Made by a program: the position numbers and the translations under genes. The notes below the pieces were generated by a model. It did not search any database. It was not told where the DNA came from and worked only from the letters and a program-made list of their open reading frames with translations. Shown piece after piece: positions 51,771 to 64,000 of a stretch of DNA of 64,000 nt. This stretch comes from Camelus dromedarius (taxonomy: Eukaryota). The stretch is from the NCBI RefSeq assembly GCF_036321535.1, contig NC_087437.1:5890001-5954000 (forward strand), read 5' to 3'. Positions within the stretch are counted from its first letter, which is position 1. The number at the start of each line of letters is the position of its first letter.

Positions 51771-53922
51771 TTTGGAAGCTCAGCTTGCTGTTTCCAGAGG
51801 CCCTCTGTTGGCGCCCTCATCTGTGCTGCTCCCAGTGCCTGTCAGCAAGCAGAGGTAAAAGTGTCACTCTATGCCGACAACATGTTACTATACATAGAAA
51901 ACCCTAAAAGGTCCACACAAAAACTACTAGAGCTGATCGAAGAATTCAGCAAGGTAGCAGGTTACAAGATTAATGTTCAAAAATCAGTTGCATTTCTTTA
52001 CACTAACGATGAATCAACAGAAAAAAGAAAGTAAAGAAACAATCCCCTTTAAAATAGCACCCAAAGTAATAAAATACCTAGGAATAAGTCTAACCAAGGA
52101 GGTGAAGGAATTATACACAGAGAACTATAAACCATTGATGAAGGAAATTAAAGAAGACTTTAAAAAATGGAAAGATATCCCATGCTGTTGGATTGGAAGA
52201 ATCAATATTTTTAAAATGGTCACACTGCCCAAGGCAATCTACAGATTTAATGCAATCCCTATCAAATTACCCAGGGCATATTTCACAGAACTAGAACAAA
52301 TCATAATAAAATTTATATGGAACCATCAAAGACCTAGAATTGCCAAAGCATTACTGAAGAAAAAGAAAGAGGCTGGAGGAATAACTCTCCCAGACTTCAG
52401 ACAATACTACAGAGCTACAGTGATCAAGACAGCATGGTATTGGTACAAAAACAGACATATGGGCCAATGGAACAGAATAGAGAGCCCAGAAATGAACCCA
52501 CAAACTTTTGGTCAACTAATCTTTGACAAAGGAGGCAAGAACATACAATGGAATAAAGACAGTCTCTTCAGCAAATGGTGCTGGGAAAACTGGACAGCAG
52601 CATGTAAAGCAATGAAGCTAGAACACTCCCTTACACCATACACAAAAATTAACTGAAAATGGATCAAAGACTTTAAACACAAGACAAGATACAATAAACC
52701 TCCTAGAGGAAAATATAGGCAAAATATTATCTGACATACATCTCAAAAATGTTCTCCTAGGACAGTCTACCCAAGAAATAGAAATAAAAGCAAGAATAAA
52801 CAAATGGGACTTAATTAAACTTACAAGCTTCTGCACAGCAAAGGAAACCATAAGTAAAACAAAAAGACAACCTACGGAATGGGAAAAAATTTCTGCAAAT
52901 GAAACCAACAAAGGCTTGATCTCCGGAATACATAAACAGCTCATACGACTTAATAAGAAAAAAATTAACAATCCAATCCAAAAATGGACAGAAGACCTAA
53001 ACAAGCAATTCTCCAAGGAAGACATACAAATGATCAATAGACACATGAAAAAATGCTCAGTATCACTAATTACCAGAGAAATGCAAATCAAAACTACAAT
53101 GAGGTATCACCTCACACCAGTCAGAATGGCCATCATTCAAAAGTCCACAAATAACAAATGCTGGAGAGGCTGTGGAGAAAAGGGAACCCTCCTTCACTGC
53201 TGGTGGGAATGCAGTTTGGTGCAGCCACTGTGGAAAACAGTATGGAGATTCCTCAAAAGACTAGGAATAGACTTACCATATGACCCAGGAATTCCGCTCC
53301 TGGGCATATATCCAGAAGGGACCCTACTTCAGGGTGACACCTGCACTCCAGTGTTCATAGCAGCACTATTTACAATAGCCAAGACATGGAGACAGCCTAA
53401 ATGTCCATCAACAGATGACTGGATAAAGAAGAAGTGGTACATTTATACAATGGAATACTACTCAGCCATAAAAACCGACAACATAACACCATTTGCAGCA
53501 ACATGGATGCTCCTGAAGAATGTCATTCTAAGCGAAGTAAGCCAGAAAGAGAAAGAAAAATACCATATGAGATCGCTCATATGTGGAATCTAAAAAAAAA
53601 AAGAAAAAAACAAAAACAAACAAACAAAGCATAAATACAAAACAGAAACAGACTCATAGACATAGAATATAAACTTGTGGTTGCCAAGGGGGCAGAGGAT
53701 GGGAAGGGATAGACGGGATTTCAAAAGTATAGAATAGATAAACAAGATTATACTGTATAGCACAGAGAAATATACACAAGATCTTATGGTAGCTCACAGA
53801 GAAAAAAATGTGACAATGAATATATATATATGTTCATGTATAACTGAAAAATTGTGTTCTACACTGAAATTTGACACAACATTGTAAAGTGATTATAAAT
53901 CAATAAAAAATGTTAAAAAAAA
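51771..53922 (+). mobile_element. Young 5'-truncated LINE-1 (ORF2 from the RT catalytic motif to 3' UTR) with an 80-nt non-colinear 5' segment
   Basis: Sense ORF2 begins at ~51851, where the catalytic motif reads YADN at 51870-51881. It gives 227-aa and 225-aa ORF2 pieces and an A tail. The probable TSD AAAAGCT(A/T)ATGT is at 51759-51770 and 53923-53934. Confidence 0.95.
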
Positions 53923-56900
53923 AAAAGCTTATGTAAGAAAGCCGTAGGAACCCCTTCTGGGTGATCTTGTGTTCTCAATTCTACCATCTTCCCTTTCCAA
54001 TGGGGTGTTTTTCATTTGTGTATAATGTTGCAGTATAATTTAATATGCCTTGATGGCCCATTTAATCATGTTTTCCAACCTCTCCTTTCTGTTTTTTTTT
54101 GTTATTATTATAATTATAAAAATAATTATTATTCCTCACGACTTTTTCTGAACTCGTTCATTGACCCAAACCAATGCCCAGGTTTACAACAGGTACGAGC
54201 CCAGAGGAGGCTCAGAGCAGGGAGGGGGCTGGCAGGAGCGGTGATGTTGGAATGTCACGTCCAGAAGGACATATATTGATTTTTTAAAAATTATTGCTTC
54301 CCCAGTGCCTGGAACAGTGTCTGAAATGCTCAATAAATATTCACTGAATGCACGTCTGGGGGCCCAGAGGTACGTGTCGATGTGACCACAGAACAGGCAC
54401 GGGTCTGTCTGTCTTTTTTAGGGGGATACTACCAACATACGTGATATTTGGAGATGGATTTCCTCCCACGCTCTGCTATCTGCGAGTCTAGATTCCTGGT
54501 TGTCTTTGCTTTAACTGTATCTAAGTGGAACCTCCCGTAGGTCCTCCCCCTGGTTTGGCTTTGGGGCTCGCCCTCGTCTGTGGCATCCATCCTGTAGGGT
54601 GTACCTCAAGTTCATTCCCTCGTCGGCCGAGCAGCTTCTCCTTGTACGGCTGGTCCACACTTTCCTTCTCTATCTCCTATCGATGGACATGGCACTGCTT
54701 CTACTTTGGGGCTGTTACGAGCACGCGTCTGTGTGAGACACGCACTTCATTTCCCTGGGCAAGGATGCAGGAGTGGGCTCGCCTGCAAGTGCATGTTTCA
54801 CTTTCTTAGCAGCTGCCAAATTGCCTTCCAAAGTCGTTGCACCATTTCCCACTCCTCCCAGAAATGACGGAAGTCCCGGTTTCTCCCCTTCTTCACTCTC
54901 CCATCAGACACCACCTGTTGTTACTGGAAGAGACTGTGGCTTCCCTCACTGATTGGCTGACCCTCTGCTTCTGCAGCCGCGAGCTCAGAGCTCCAGATTC
55001 CAGGCTCTGCAGGGATGGAGAAGAGTGCCTGAACCCCAGCCTCCAGGAGTCCACACTTGACAGCCCCCCATGTAATTCTGTCCAGTCCCTGCCTCTCACT
55101 TCATCAGTAAGGAGACTGGACTGGGGCCCAGAGAAGGGAGGTGACTCGCCCAGGGTCATCCAGCTGAAGCAGGGCCAGGGTGGTATTGACGCCCCATGCT
55201 CCCTCCTGACACACGAAGTGTCTCCAGTCTGTCTTGTATGTCCTTCTTTTGCCCTGACCTCTCTGCCTTTGCTTATGCTGTTCCCCTACAGCTGCGCTAA
55301 CCTCCCTTCAGTTCCATCAATGCCTCAGGGGCCCCCTTAGGACGCACCTCCTCACAGGCTGCCCTGGGCTCCCCACCTCCATCCCATGTTGCCTAGGGGA
55401 ACACTGGGGGCCGGGCTGGGTAGAGTGAACTTGAACCTGGCTGGGGTCCTTCCAGCTCTGGGATGTCTCTGGGATGGTGGGTGAGAATCACACACAGGGG
55501 CCAGGTCACTGGGTGCAGGAGACCCCGCACAGGCCAGTGCTCACTCGAGGACCCCTATGAACAGCTTTTATGGTTCTGCTCAGGGAAAAAGAGGGAAGGA
55601 TGAAAAACCCCGGGGCCTTGAAGGATGTGATGAGCTGTGGCCCGCAGCTCTGTTAAGTGGTCCCCCTGGAAGGGGCATCTGCCGAACCCACAGTGGGGGT
55701 CTTGATGTCTGGTCCGGCCTCAGGAAGCGTGAGGCCTCAGGTCAGGCCATTCTGGGGCTCCTGGGGTTTTGTTTCCTCCTCTAAACATGGAGTGGGGGGG
55801 ATGGGAGCCCTCACAGCAGGATTCTGCTTGGAGGACCTCCTCAGGCCACCAAGCTTCCCCATCCCACCCTCCCTCATCCTCCAAATGGTCCTTTCCTCTG
55901 GGAGAAGGCCTCACTCCAGGCCTGGGCCAGGCGGTAACGAGGCCAAGCAGGCTTGTCTGCTGGCTCTGGCTGTGATGCTGTCCAGGGCCTGGGGGTCAGC
56001 AACACGGGGACCAGCTGGTAGGAGGCAGAGGGGCCTTGCCCCCAGAGGCCAGGGTGGGGAGGAGCCTCATGGTACAGGTGTTTTGGCCAAGTCCTAAAGC
56101 CGCCCACCCATGGCTACATATCCACAGAGGAGCGACCTGTGTCCCATGACAGCCTGGGCCAATCTGAGGTGATTCCTTAAGTCAACTTAAGTTCAGACCC
56201 TTAGACATTCTAGAAGCCTTCACCTCTGACACACACAGCCCTGGAATGGTGGCAGGGTCCCAGAGAGGCCTTGGCATCCCCAGACCACACAGGCTCTCAT
56301 TGCAGGGACCCTGGGCAGCTCCTGGAGCAGGACTTGCCTGGCTGCCCAGCATGAGCCAGTCCCCACCCTGGGGATGCCGAGCAGCCTGGGCACCTTGCTC
56401 CCTGCCCAGGGCCCCAGGACACGCTGCCCTCTCTGTCTGGATCACCGCCCCCCAAAACTGCTGGGTCAACCCCAAGCCCCGGCTCAAAACCTCACCTCCT
56501 TGGGGAAGCTGGCCCACTGCCCTTCCTCCTGCTCTGGGGCAGGTCATGTCCTTCCACCCATCTTGACTCAAAAACTGTCCCACTTGGACCCGTCAGGAGC
56601 TCCACAGGGGACAGTAAGCCCCCCTGGCAGGCAGTTCCTTTGCTGGGCGGGGAGCTGCAGCGGGGTCCATCCCACCTCGGTCCCTGGTAAAGGGTCAGCT
56701 GGCCTGTGTCATCCCTGGTGCAGGGCAGGAAGTGGACCCCGCCCTGCAAACGCGGTTTTGGGGGCCTTCCTCATGGGGTGGGGGGACAGGCCAGCATCTG
56801 TTGGGCTCTCACCACAGGCCCACACTTTACTTGCTTGAACTCATCTGCTCCTCTCAGCCCGAGAGCAGGCAGTCCTTCTGTTTTGGGGTAAGAAAATTGA

Positions 56901-57947
56901 GGTTCAGAGAGGCTGTGCGAGTTGCTTGAAGGCACCCAGCTTGCGTGGGGCAGAGGCCCTTCCTGGACCCAGCTCCACTGGCTGCCCAGTCCCGGGTTCC
57001 TGCCACCACGCCGTGTCCTTGGAGAGGCTCCGTGCTCTGTTCCTGACAGGAGAGGCGCACAGAGGGCGGTGCCCGGGCCCAGAGGGGTTGAGGATTCTGA
57101 AGCCGTACCTGTGCAGGAAAATCTGGGTCACTCACTGCAGTCTGACTGGTCTTCTTAAAGAAAAGGGCCAGCGTCCCCGTTGTCACCCTGGTCATGAGCT
57201 GATTCACATACGGTGACGGGGTTCTTCCCAGGTGTGTCTGAAAAAAGAGCAGCAGGTTCAGAGGGCGTCTTGCAGACGTGTCAGAGCTCAGGGAACATGG
57301 GTAAGGAGGCGGGTGGACCAGACCTCTCCTGGGGGTGGGGGCAACCCTTGGGTACTAAGCAGGTACTAAGGTACCAAGATGCCTGCCCCTCCTCCAGCAT
57401 TCTGGCGAATCCCCATTGCCACGGGGCTGGACTTACGCCCAGAGTCGACTGCAGTCTGGGACGAGCACCTGCTGAGTTCCTCAGAGAGTGGCTTGGAGCC
57501 AGCACGCCCATCCTCCACACCTGGTCTGCAACTGGTTTCTGGAACCGTCCTCCTGCCTCCTGTCCCGGGAGCGCCTCCTGCCCCTGGACAGACGACCAGG
57601 CCTCCCTTCCTTGGATAGATTAGGAGGACATCCCAATCTTTGTGGATTAAAAGCCACTTTTCCTGCATTGCCTCCTCCTCTGAGGGGCAGCCGAGCTCTG
57701 CTACAGCTGTGAGCGGCTCTCTTCTTGGCTGAAAAAGTCCTTCCAGACACGTGGCCACTGAACTCTGTGTGCTCTTCAGAGTTGGGTAAGATTATGGTCA
57801 CTTCCTTGAGGAATTGTCTGAGTTTTTAAACTGTAGGCATTAGTTGGTTATAAGATTAACCCAATAGTTGGTCAAGGCCCTGGATGGGGCCTTGGGGCGG
57901 CAGAGATTAATTTAGTGGGTCACTAATATAATGTGATATACAATATT

Positions 57948-58376
57948 TGTCATTTGGAGCAACATAGATGGACCTGGAGATCATCATTCTAAGTGAAGTA
58001 AGCCAGAAAGAGAAAGAAAAATACCATATGATATCACTCATATGTGGAATCTTTAAAAAATGACACAAAAGAACTTACAAAACAAACAGACTCACAGACT
58101 TAGAAAACAAACTTATGGCTACCAGGGGGAAAAGGGGATGGGGAGCGATAAAATGGAAGTTCAGGACTCTCAGATACATGCTACTAGATGTAAAATAGAT
58201 AAACAACAAGGCCCTGCTGTAGAGCACAGGGAACTACATTCAGTATCTTGTAATAACCTAGAATGAAAAAGAATATGAAAAAGAATGTATAACTGAATCA
58301 CTATGCTGTACAGCAGAAATTAACACAACATTGTAAACTAACTATACTTCAATTTAAAAAAATCTTAAAAAAAAAA
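57948..58376 (+). mobile_element. L1 3' end (ORF2 tail and 3' UTR)
   Basis: 'gcaacatagatggacctggagatcatcattctaagtgaagtaagccagaaagagaaagaaaaataccatatg' continues to an A tail. Confidence 0.92.
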
Positions 58377-58499
58377 TATATAATACAATGTAATGTAATG
58401 TGATACGGCAGAAAGTCAGAACCAGAAGGCGTCACACCCAGTCTGAGCACGTTTGTTTTGCGACTCATATTCTATTTCGGGGTGTGTGTGTGTGTGTCC

Positions 58500-58762
58500 A
58501 CTTGCTCTCTCCAATGGAATGTGGTTGAAAATAACATTTGACCGTGGGGTCCGGGGCCTCTGACACTGGTGGGGCAGCATGAGCGGACGGTGGAGCCTCG
58601 AGGCGGCCAGGTCCCCGAACCACTGCGTGGGGAGGGCTACCCACGAACCAGGAAGCCCCGCGCTGCAGTTCTGTGAGTGAGAAATGAACTTTGCCTCGTG
58701 TGAAGCCACTGACATCTTGGGACCGTGAGTTACCGCTGCAGGCGTCACCCTGCGTAATACGC
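58500..58762 (+). mobile_element. MaLR LTR fragment (MLT1-type)
   Basis: It ends with 'tgtgagtgagaaatgaactttgcctcgtgtgaagccactgacatcttggga...gttaccgctgcag...taatac'. Confidence 0.55.
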
Positions 58763-60247
58763 TGTGAAGTGTATTTCTTAATGTGGGTTACGGTCCAAAA
58801 AGTGTGGAAAAGCGCTAACTTAATCTAACCTCTACTTTTCAGGTGGGAGAAACCAAGCGTCAGGGAGGGTGGTGGTGCCCCACAGTCTCCTCCCCGAGTC
58901 TGGGTGGGAGGGCGCCTGCCGGGGGTGGGGTGGGCTGTGGCACCGAGGCAGGGAGCAGGGCTGACCGCGGGGCATGGACTCCGGGTCCGGTGCTCCTCCC
59001 AGGCCACCTGTGCCTTAGGAGGGACTGACCCTGCGCCTGGGGACGCTGCCCACAGCCGGGGACAGGAAGGCTGCTGAGCCAGCTCTCACCTGGCTGCCGC
59101 TCGGGCTCTGTGGTTAATGTCTCTGCGGCAAGTCGGCAGACTTTCTCTGAAAGCCCGAGTTTCTCCGAATCTCTGAGGCCCAGAATTCTGAGAAACCCAG
59201 CAGAGCCTGGCCACCCCCATCAGCACACGAGGTGAACCACACGCACGCACAGGTGTCCAGGAGTCGCACCTGTCTGTGAGGCTACACGGTGAGGTTAGGT
59301 CCTGGTGCTGATGCTGGCCTTGGTCCCGCAGGCAGGCAGAGCCTGCCACCCCTGGGTGCTCCGGGCCACCTCAAATCCTGCCCTTCGGCTGCAGGGGCAG
59401 GGCTGCAGGCTGCTGGCCAAGGGAGCCACGTGATGCCCACCACCTACCCCCGTGGGGTGTTGTCAGTGGGAGTTAATCATGCCCAGTGCCTGGCATTTAA
59501 CAAACAACACCCCCGTGAGATGGCCGAGCTTGGTGCCCGCCCCACTTTAGGGATGAGGAAGTGGAGGCTGGCAGAGCTTACCTGTCTCATCCCAAGTCCC
59601 CTCATAATGGGCTGGGGTGGGCTGGAGCCCTGACACCTTGAGGTTGAGTCAGACAGGCAGAGTCCAGGGAACTGGTGTCTGATGGGCGCTGAAATCTCTG
59701 AATGAATTTGTTGGTTAGGAGTAACGCTGACCTCCATCTCTCCCCAGTCTGTCACAGCTGGAATGAAAGCAAAGAATGACAAACAGGCTTAAGAAAAATG
59801 TGGGACGGGCTGGGTCTCCAAATCTGGGGAGAGATGGGGGTTTCCTAGCGCCACCCCCCCCAGCATCCTTGGCTCCCAGGGTCCCAACTCATCGCCTTTC
59901 CATCCATATACTGCTCCTATTACAGGGGTCTGAGCTCAGTCCCTGCAAGGGAGACGGTGGAATGCGGTCCAGCTGTGCCCCTGCCCCGTGGGGAGAGGGA
60001 CCTGGACTTCCTGAAGAGCCTCTGCTACACCGTCCTCACCTGAAACGATGTCCTTCGCCCCTTCACAAAGGCCGTGTGTTGCATGAGGGGGGCACTGCCT
60101 TCTCCTCGACTGGACTCCAAGCTCCGAGGACAGGAATCCTGTGTCTTGCTCGCCACGTCTCTCTAGCCCCTAGAACTTAGTGAGTGCTCAACAAATATGG
60201 GTGAATGATCAGATAAAGCTTAGGTCCTCTTTTCAAGAAAAGGCAAA

Positions 60248-60735
60248 TACAGTAGGTCCTTGTTGTTTGCCTATTTTATACATAGTAATGTGCATCTGTT
60301 AATCTCCAACCCCTAATTCATCCCTCCCTGCCCTTTCCCCTTTGGTAACCATAGTTTGTCTTCTATGTCCGTTGAGTCTGTTTTTGGTTTGTAGATAGAA
60401 TTTGTATTTTTTTTTAATTCCACATATAAGTGATGTCGTAGGTATTTGTCTTTGTCTGACTTACTTCACTTAGTATGATGATCTCCAGGTCCATCCATGT
60501 TGCTGCCAATGGTATTATTTCATTCTTTTTTATGGCTGAGTAATATTGCATTGTATATATATATACCACATCTTCTTTATCAGGACCTACTATGTAGCAC
60601 AGGGAACTATATTCAATATCTTATAATAACCTATAATAGAAAAGAATCTGAAACAGAATATATATATGTATCTGAATCACTATGCTGTACAACTGAAACC
60701 AACACAACATTGTAAACCAACTATATTTCAATTAA
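60248..60735 (+). mobile_element. 5'-inverted L1 3' fragment (twin-priming structure)
   Basis: 60248-60581 is antisense L1 ORF2-end/3' UTR. 60582-60735 is the sense terminal 3' UTR and starts at the same L1 position where the antisense part begins. Confidence 0.9.
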
Positions 60736-62044
60736 AGAAAGATTCAAAACCAAGGACAGGACTGCTGGCTGTGATGGAGACGAATTGCAAAGTAATAAAA
60801 GGCTGCTGGTCACTGCCCCTCTGGGCCAAAGTCTGCCCTGGGTGTCACTTGGCAAGGCGCTGGGTCAGGAGCAGGAACTAGGACCAGGGCCAGCAGGACC
60901 GTGGATGGGCCTGGGCCTGGTGCCTCTGCTGAGCACAGAGGAGCACAGAGCCCTGGTCTGCGAAGACTCTGGACCCACCTTGACCCCTGGTTTCTTCGCA
61001 CTCGCCTGATGCTGGCCTTCTGCCTGCAGGAGGGGTCCTGGAGGGACAGGGTGTCAGGGGCTTGTGCCCAAGGGGGAGCACCAGGAGCTGAGTGAGTGGG
61101 GGAGGCAGTCGGGGAAGGCGCTGCTCTCAGGACACTGGAACCCCCACCCCTTTCTGCAGGCACAGAGCAGCCCTGGGGGCTTGGGAGGAGCAGGAGGGTG
61201 GTCCTGGGGTGAGGGCGTATGAGCCCCAGCCCCACCTGCTGCACAGGGTCTGGGCTCCCGGCGGCAGGAGGTGTTCATGGTGTCACCCATCAGGGGAGGC
61301 AGGGTCCCCATCACTGTCACCAGTGGGAACTGTCGGAAGAGCAGCCGGGCCCTCCAACCTTTTGATGGCAGAGCCTGTGGTCCACAAAGTCCCTTGGCTG
61401 GGGGCGCTGTGGCCCAGTAGGGAAGGCCCCTTCCTGGCTGGGCCTGGGACAGAGGCCTCGGCTGGGGCTGGGCTCAGGCACAAAATCCATCCAAGGTGTG
61501 CTGGCTCCATGGCTCTGCCGACGCTGTGAAGACGGCTCTTACCTTCTGAGTCTGTCATTTAAGACTTGGGATCTCCACCTTCTCCCCACCCTTCCCCGTG
61601 CCCTCCTCACCAAGCCCCACGTTAGCTGGTGTAAGTGAGGTGACTGGGGCAGACATGGTGCTGAGGGTAGGCGGTGGGGATGGGCGGCTCGCTGTCAGTG
61701 GAAGGGTGGGACCACATGGGCCCTGGGGGCTCCTGCAGGATGGAGTGTCACCTTTGACCCCGTCCTGCCTTCACCACGCGGCAGGTTCCAAGGCATGAGG
61801 TGTGATCCTCTGGTCCTCACCACAACCAGGAAGGAGGTGACTGCTGTTACCCCAGTTTGCAGGTAAACTGAGGCCCCAGTGGTTAAGCAACTTGCCTAAA
61901 CTGTAGAGGAAGGGAGTGGTGGGGTCAGGGGTGAGCCTGGGTCAGGCCTGCGCCCCAGCGCCCGGCCTCGGGCAGGTCTTGCCGGGGTCAGGCCTGGCCG
62001 GCCAGCACCTTGTGTGCCCACCCCCGGTGGAAACAAGTCAAGCT

Positions 62045-63340
62045 TCGTTCTCAGTTTCAATGAGTCTTTTATTATAATCATACTGGATGGGGTCACTTTG
62101 CCCAACAGATAAGTCATTTCTTAAATCAACATGAGTTACAGAGTAAAGATGAGTGAGAAAAGCAGCGATCGGACAGAAACAGCACAGCTGCGTATCCCGT
62201 AAATCAAATGAGCTGTGCCCCTGGGAGGAGCGTGATCATGACAGCTTTTACATCAAAGTGGTCTCCAGCCTGTTTACAAGAACATTGTATTTTTAACACC
62301 GTAAAAAGAGAGCTTTTGAAAGTAACACCTGGGAAGCTGGTTTGGCCCGTGCGAAGGAAGCCCGGCTTCAGCTGCCTACTCCCTCCTCCCAGCCTCCACC
62401 CCCGCCTCCCCTACGGCCTCCCCCAGGCCCTGCTCTGGACCCATGGGCAGCCAGGTAGGGACCTGTGGGGCAGGAGGGATGGGATGGCCGCAGGTGCTCC
62501 AGGACAGCCCCTCAGAACACGGGGACACGGGCCTCCACACACCCTTGTTCCGTAATGACCCCCGGGGGCAACTTCTTAGAGAAACACTAACATAAAAACA
62601 AAAAATAATTGTGGCCACCTCTGGCAGGCTGTCGTAACTGTCACTGAGTTTTCCATTTGTCCGTCGTCTCTGACAAAGGAGAGGCATCGTTCGTGTTAGT
62701 GGCGGGGACCGGAGCACACGAGTCAGCTCAGCTGTGGGCAGACAAGGCCGGTCACGGGGGTCCTGGTTTCCTTTTAGTCACATTTACTCTGCAAAGATGT
62801 TACTTCTTGTCAGACTGCAGTTGGCAGGGGAGATGAGCAGGAGGTCATCTTTGGAAGAATAATCCAGCACAATTAACTGTTTGAAGTGTTACGCGACCCC
62901 TTGGCATACACACGAGGTAAGGCAAGTCAGAGTGACTTTCTTGATTCTGTAACTCGCAACTATAACGTACAGAGATCCATCTTAACTCAAATTTCCAAAC
63001 AGATCTGAGAGGAATGGAGAAATGGGGCATGTATAAAAAAAGAGGAAGACAATGAGACTTAACCTATACCTGACCTCTTGAAAATATATTTAACTGCTAA
63101 ACATCAAAACAAGAGAAGCTTCCAATGATTACCATATTTGTTAAAGAAAAACTTAAAGGCTTCATATATTCAGGATTTTAAAAAAATGTGCAACAAAGCA
63201 TAACTACTTGATAAAGTAATAAAAAGGAAGGAAAACGTATTCTTTAAAAGCACTGTAACTAATAAAAAGGCAAATGGTGCTTAACTCTGAAGAATAAAAA
63301 CAAGTCTCTTAAAAAAAAATAAGACAGTAATACAATCATG
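62045..63340 (-). other. Probable distal 3' UTR and poly(A) site of a convergent minus-strand gene (likely TBC1D5)
   Basis: A minus-strand AATAAA (tttatt at 62068-62073) sits at a sharp transition from GC-rich, MIR-containing DNA to a repeat-free tract that becomes T-rich on the minus strand. TBC1D5 is the tail-to-tail neighbour of PLCL2 in human. No coding sequence is visible, so the identity rests on synteny only. Confidence 0.5.
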
Positions 63341-63893
63341 AACCCCATGAACCTATGGGAATTTGAGGGCGCCCCTCCCACGCCCCACTCCCCCTCGTGG
63401 GTTTCTTTTCTCTGAGGAGGGAGCGGCCCTGGGGGGAGGGGGCAAGAAGCGACACTCGGAGTGACCCCCTGGTTCTCACTGGGTGGGGGGCACCGGCGCG
63501 GAAGCATAGATGGGGCACCAGCCCTGGCACGCTGGCGGGGGAGGGGCACTAGCCTCGAGCCTTGCGGGTGTGCTGGGGGTCTGGCGCCCCCGTGGCCCAG
63601 CTGTCAGGGGATAGCTCCACACTGCCTGCCTCCTGCCAGGTCCTGCACAGCCGCCGGGCCACTTGCCATGTGGGGACCTCAGGAGCTCACGGGTGTCATC
63701 CAGGGGTCGTGTAGGTGGCAGCCCCCTACTCAGGGTGTCATCCCCACCGGGTGCCGAGTGGACCACTCAGGGTCAGGAGCTGGAGAGCCGTCAGTGCACC
63801 TCAGTCATGGCGGAAGGCAGACGGCCCTGTCATCTGAGCCGCTGGGTCAGGAGGAGGCTTCCCTGCTCCAGTTAAGAGCCAGATGGAAGGAAT

Positions 63894-63982
63894 GGGGGTG
63901 TAGCTCAGGGGCAGAGTGTGTGCTTGGCGTGCACGAGGTCCTGGGTTCGCTCCCCAGGGCCCCTGTTAAGGGGAAAAAAAAA
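63894..63982 (+). mobile_element. tRNA(Ala)-derived SINE, Vic-1-like (camelid)
   Basis: 'gggggtgtagctcaggggcagagtgtgtgcttggcgtgcacgaggtcctgggttcgctccccag' has A-box and B-box-like motifs, followed by an A-rich tail. Confidence 0.8.
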
Positions 63983-64000
63983 CCCAACTTATAGAGCTAG

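Noticed and set aside
51973..53593. The longest ORFs (227 aa and 225 aa), and similar ORFs at 35557-37796 and 29717-31051, as host or novel RT genes
   Set aside because: They are frameshifted pieces of L1 ORF2 in 5'-truncated elements, with no promoter and no intact RT.
63271..63281. 11-nt match to miR-29 (minus strand AGCACCATTTG)
   Set aside because: The match stops after 11 nt and no hairpin arm is evident. As a target site it would be on the strand not thought to be transcribed here.
63894..63965. tRNA-Ala gene
   Set aside because: The stems are mismatched and it ends in an A-rich tail rather than a poly(T) terminator, which fits a tRNA-derived SINE.
1..64000. CRISPR arrays, operons, retrons or other prokaryotic or viral systems
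   Set aside because: There are no regularly spaced repeats or dense coding regions. The recognisable content is eutherian gene and repeat sequence.

Overview
This is mammalian genomic DNA, very probably camelid, judged from a Vic-1-like tRNA-derived SINE at ~63.9 kb and artiodactyl-type L1 3' ends. The window opens in the last intron of PLCL2 (+ strand), whose terminal coding exon is at 5488-5667 and whose 3' UTR runs to ~6350. About 55 kb of repeat-dense intergenic DNA follows. It holds several 5'-truncated L1s, one of which runs from ORF1 to the 3' UTR, with readable target-site duplications (TSDs), nesting, two apparent 3' transductions and 5' inversions. It also holds a non-coding two-LTR ERV1-class provirus, solo LTRs, MaLR LTRs, hAT and Tigger DNA-transposon MITEs, and L2 and MIR relics. 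The last ~2 kb looks like the poly(A) end of a convergent minus-strand gene, probably TBC1D5 by synteny. I see no prokaryotic system, no CRISPR array and no convincing new protein-coding gene, and nothing I can honestly call a new biological system. The most interesting signals are retrotransposition footprints. Repeat family names come from recalled consensus sequences, not from a database search, and boundaries without a quoted TSD are approximate.
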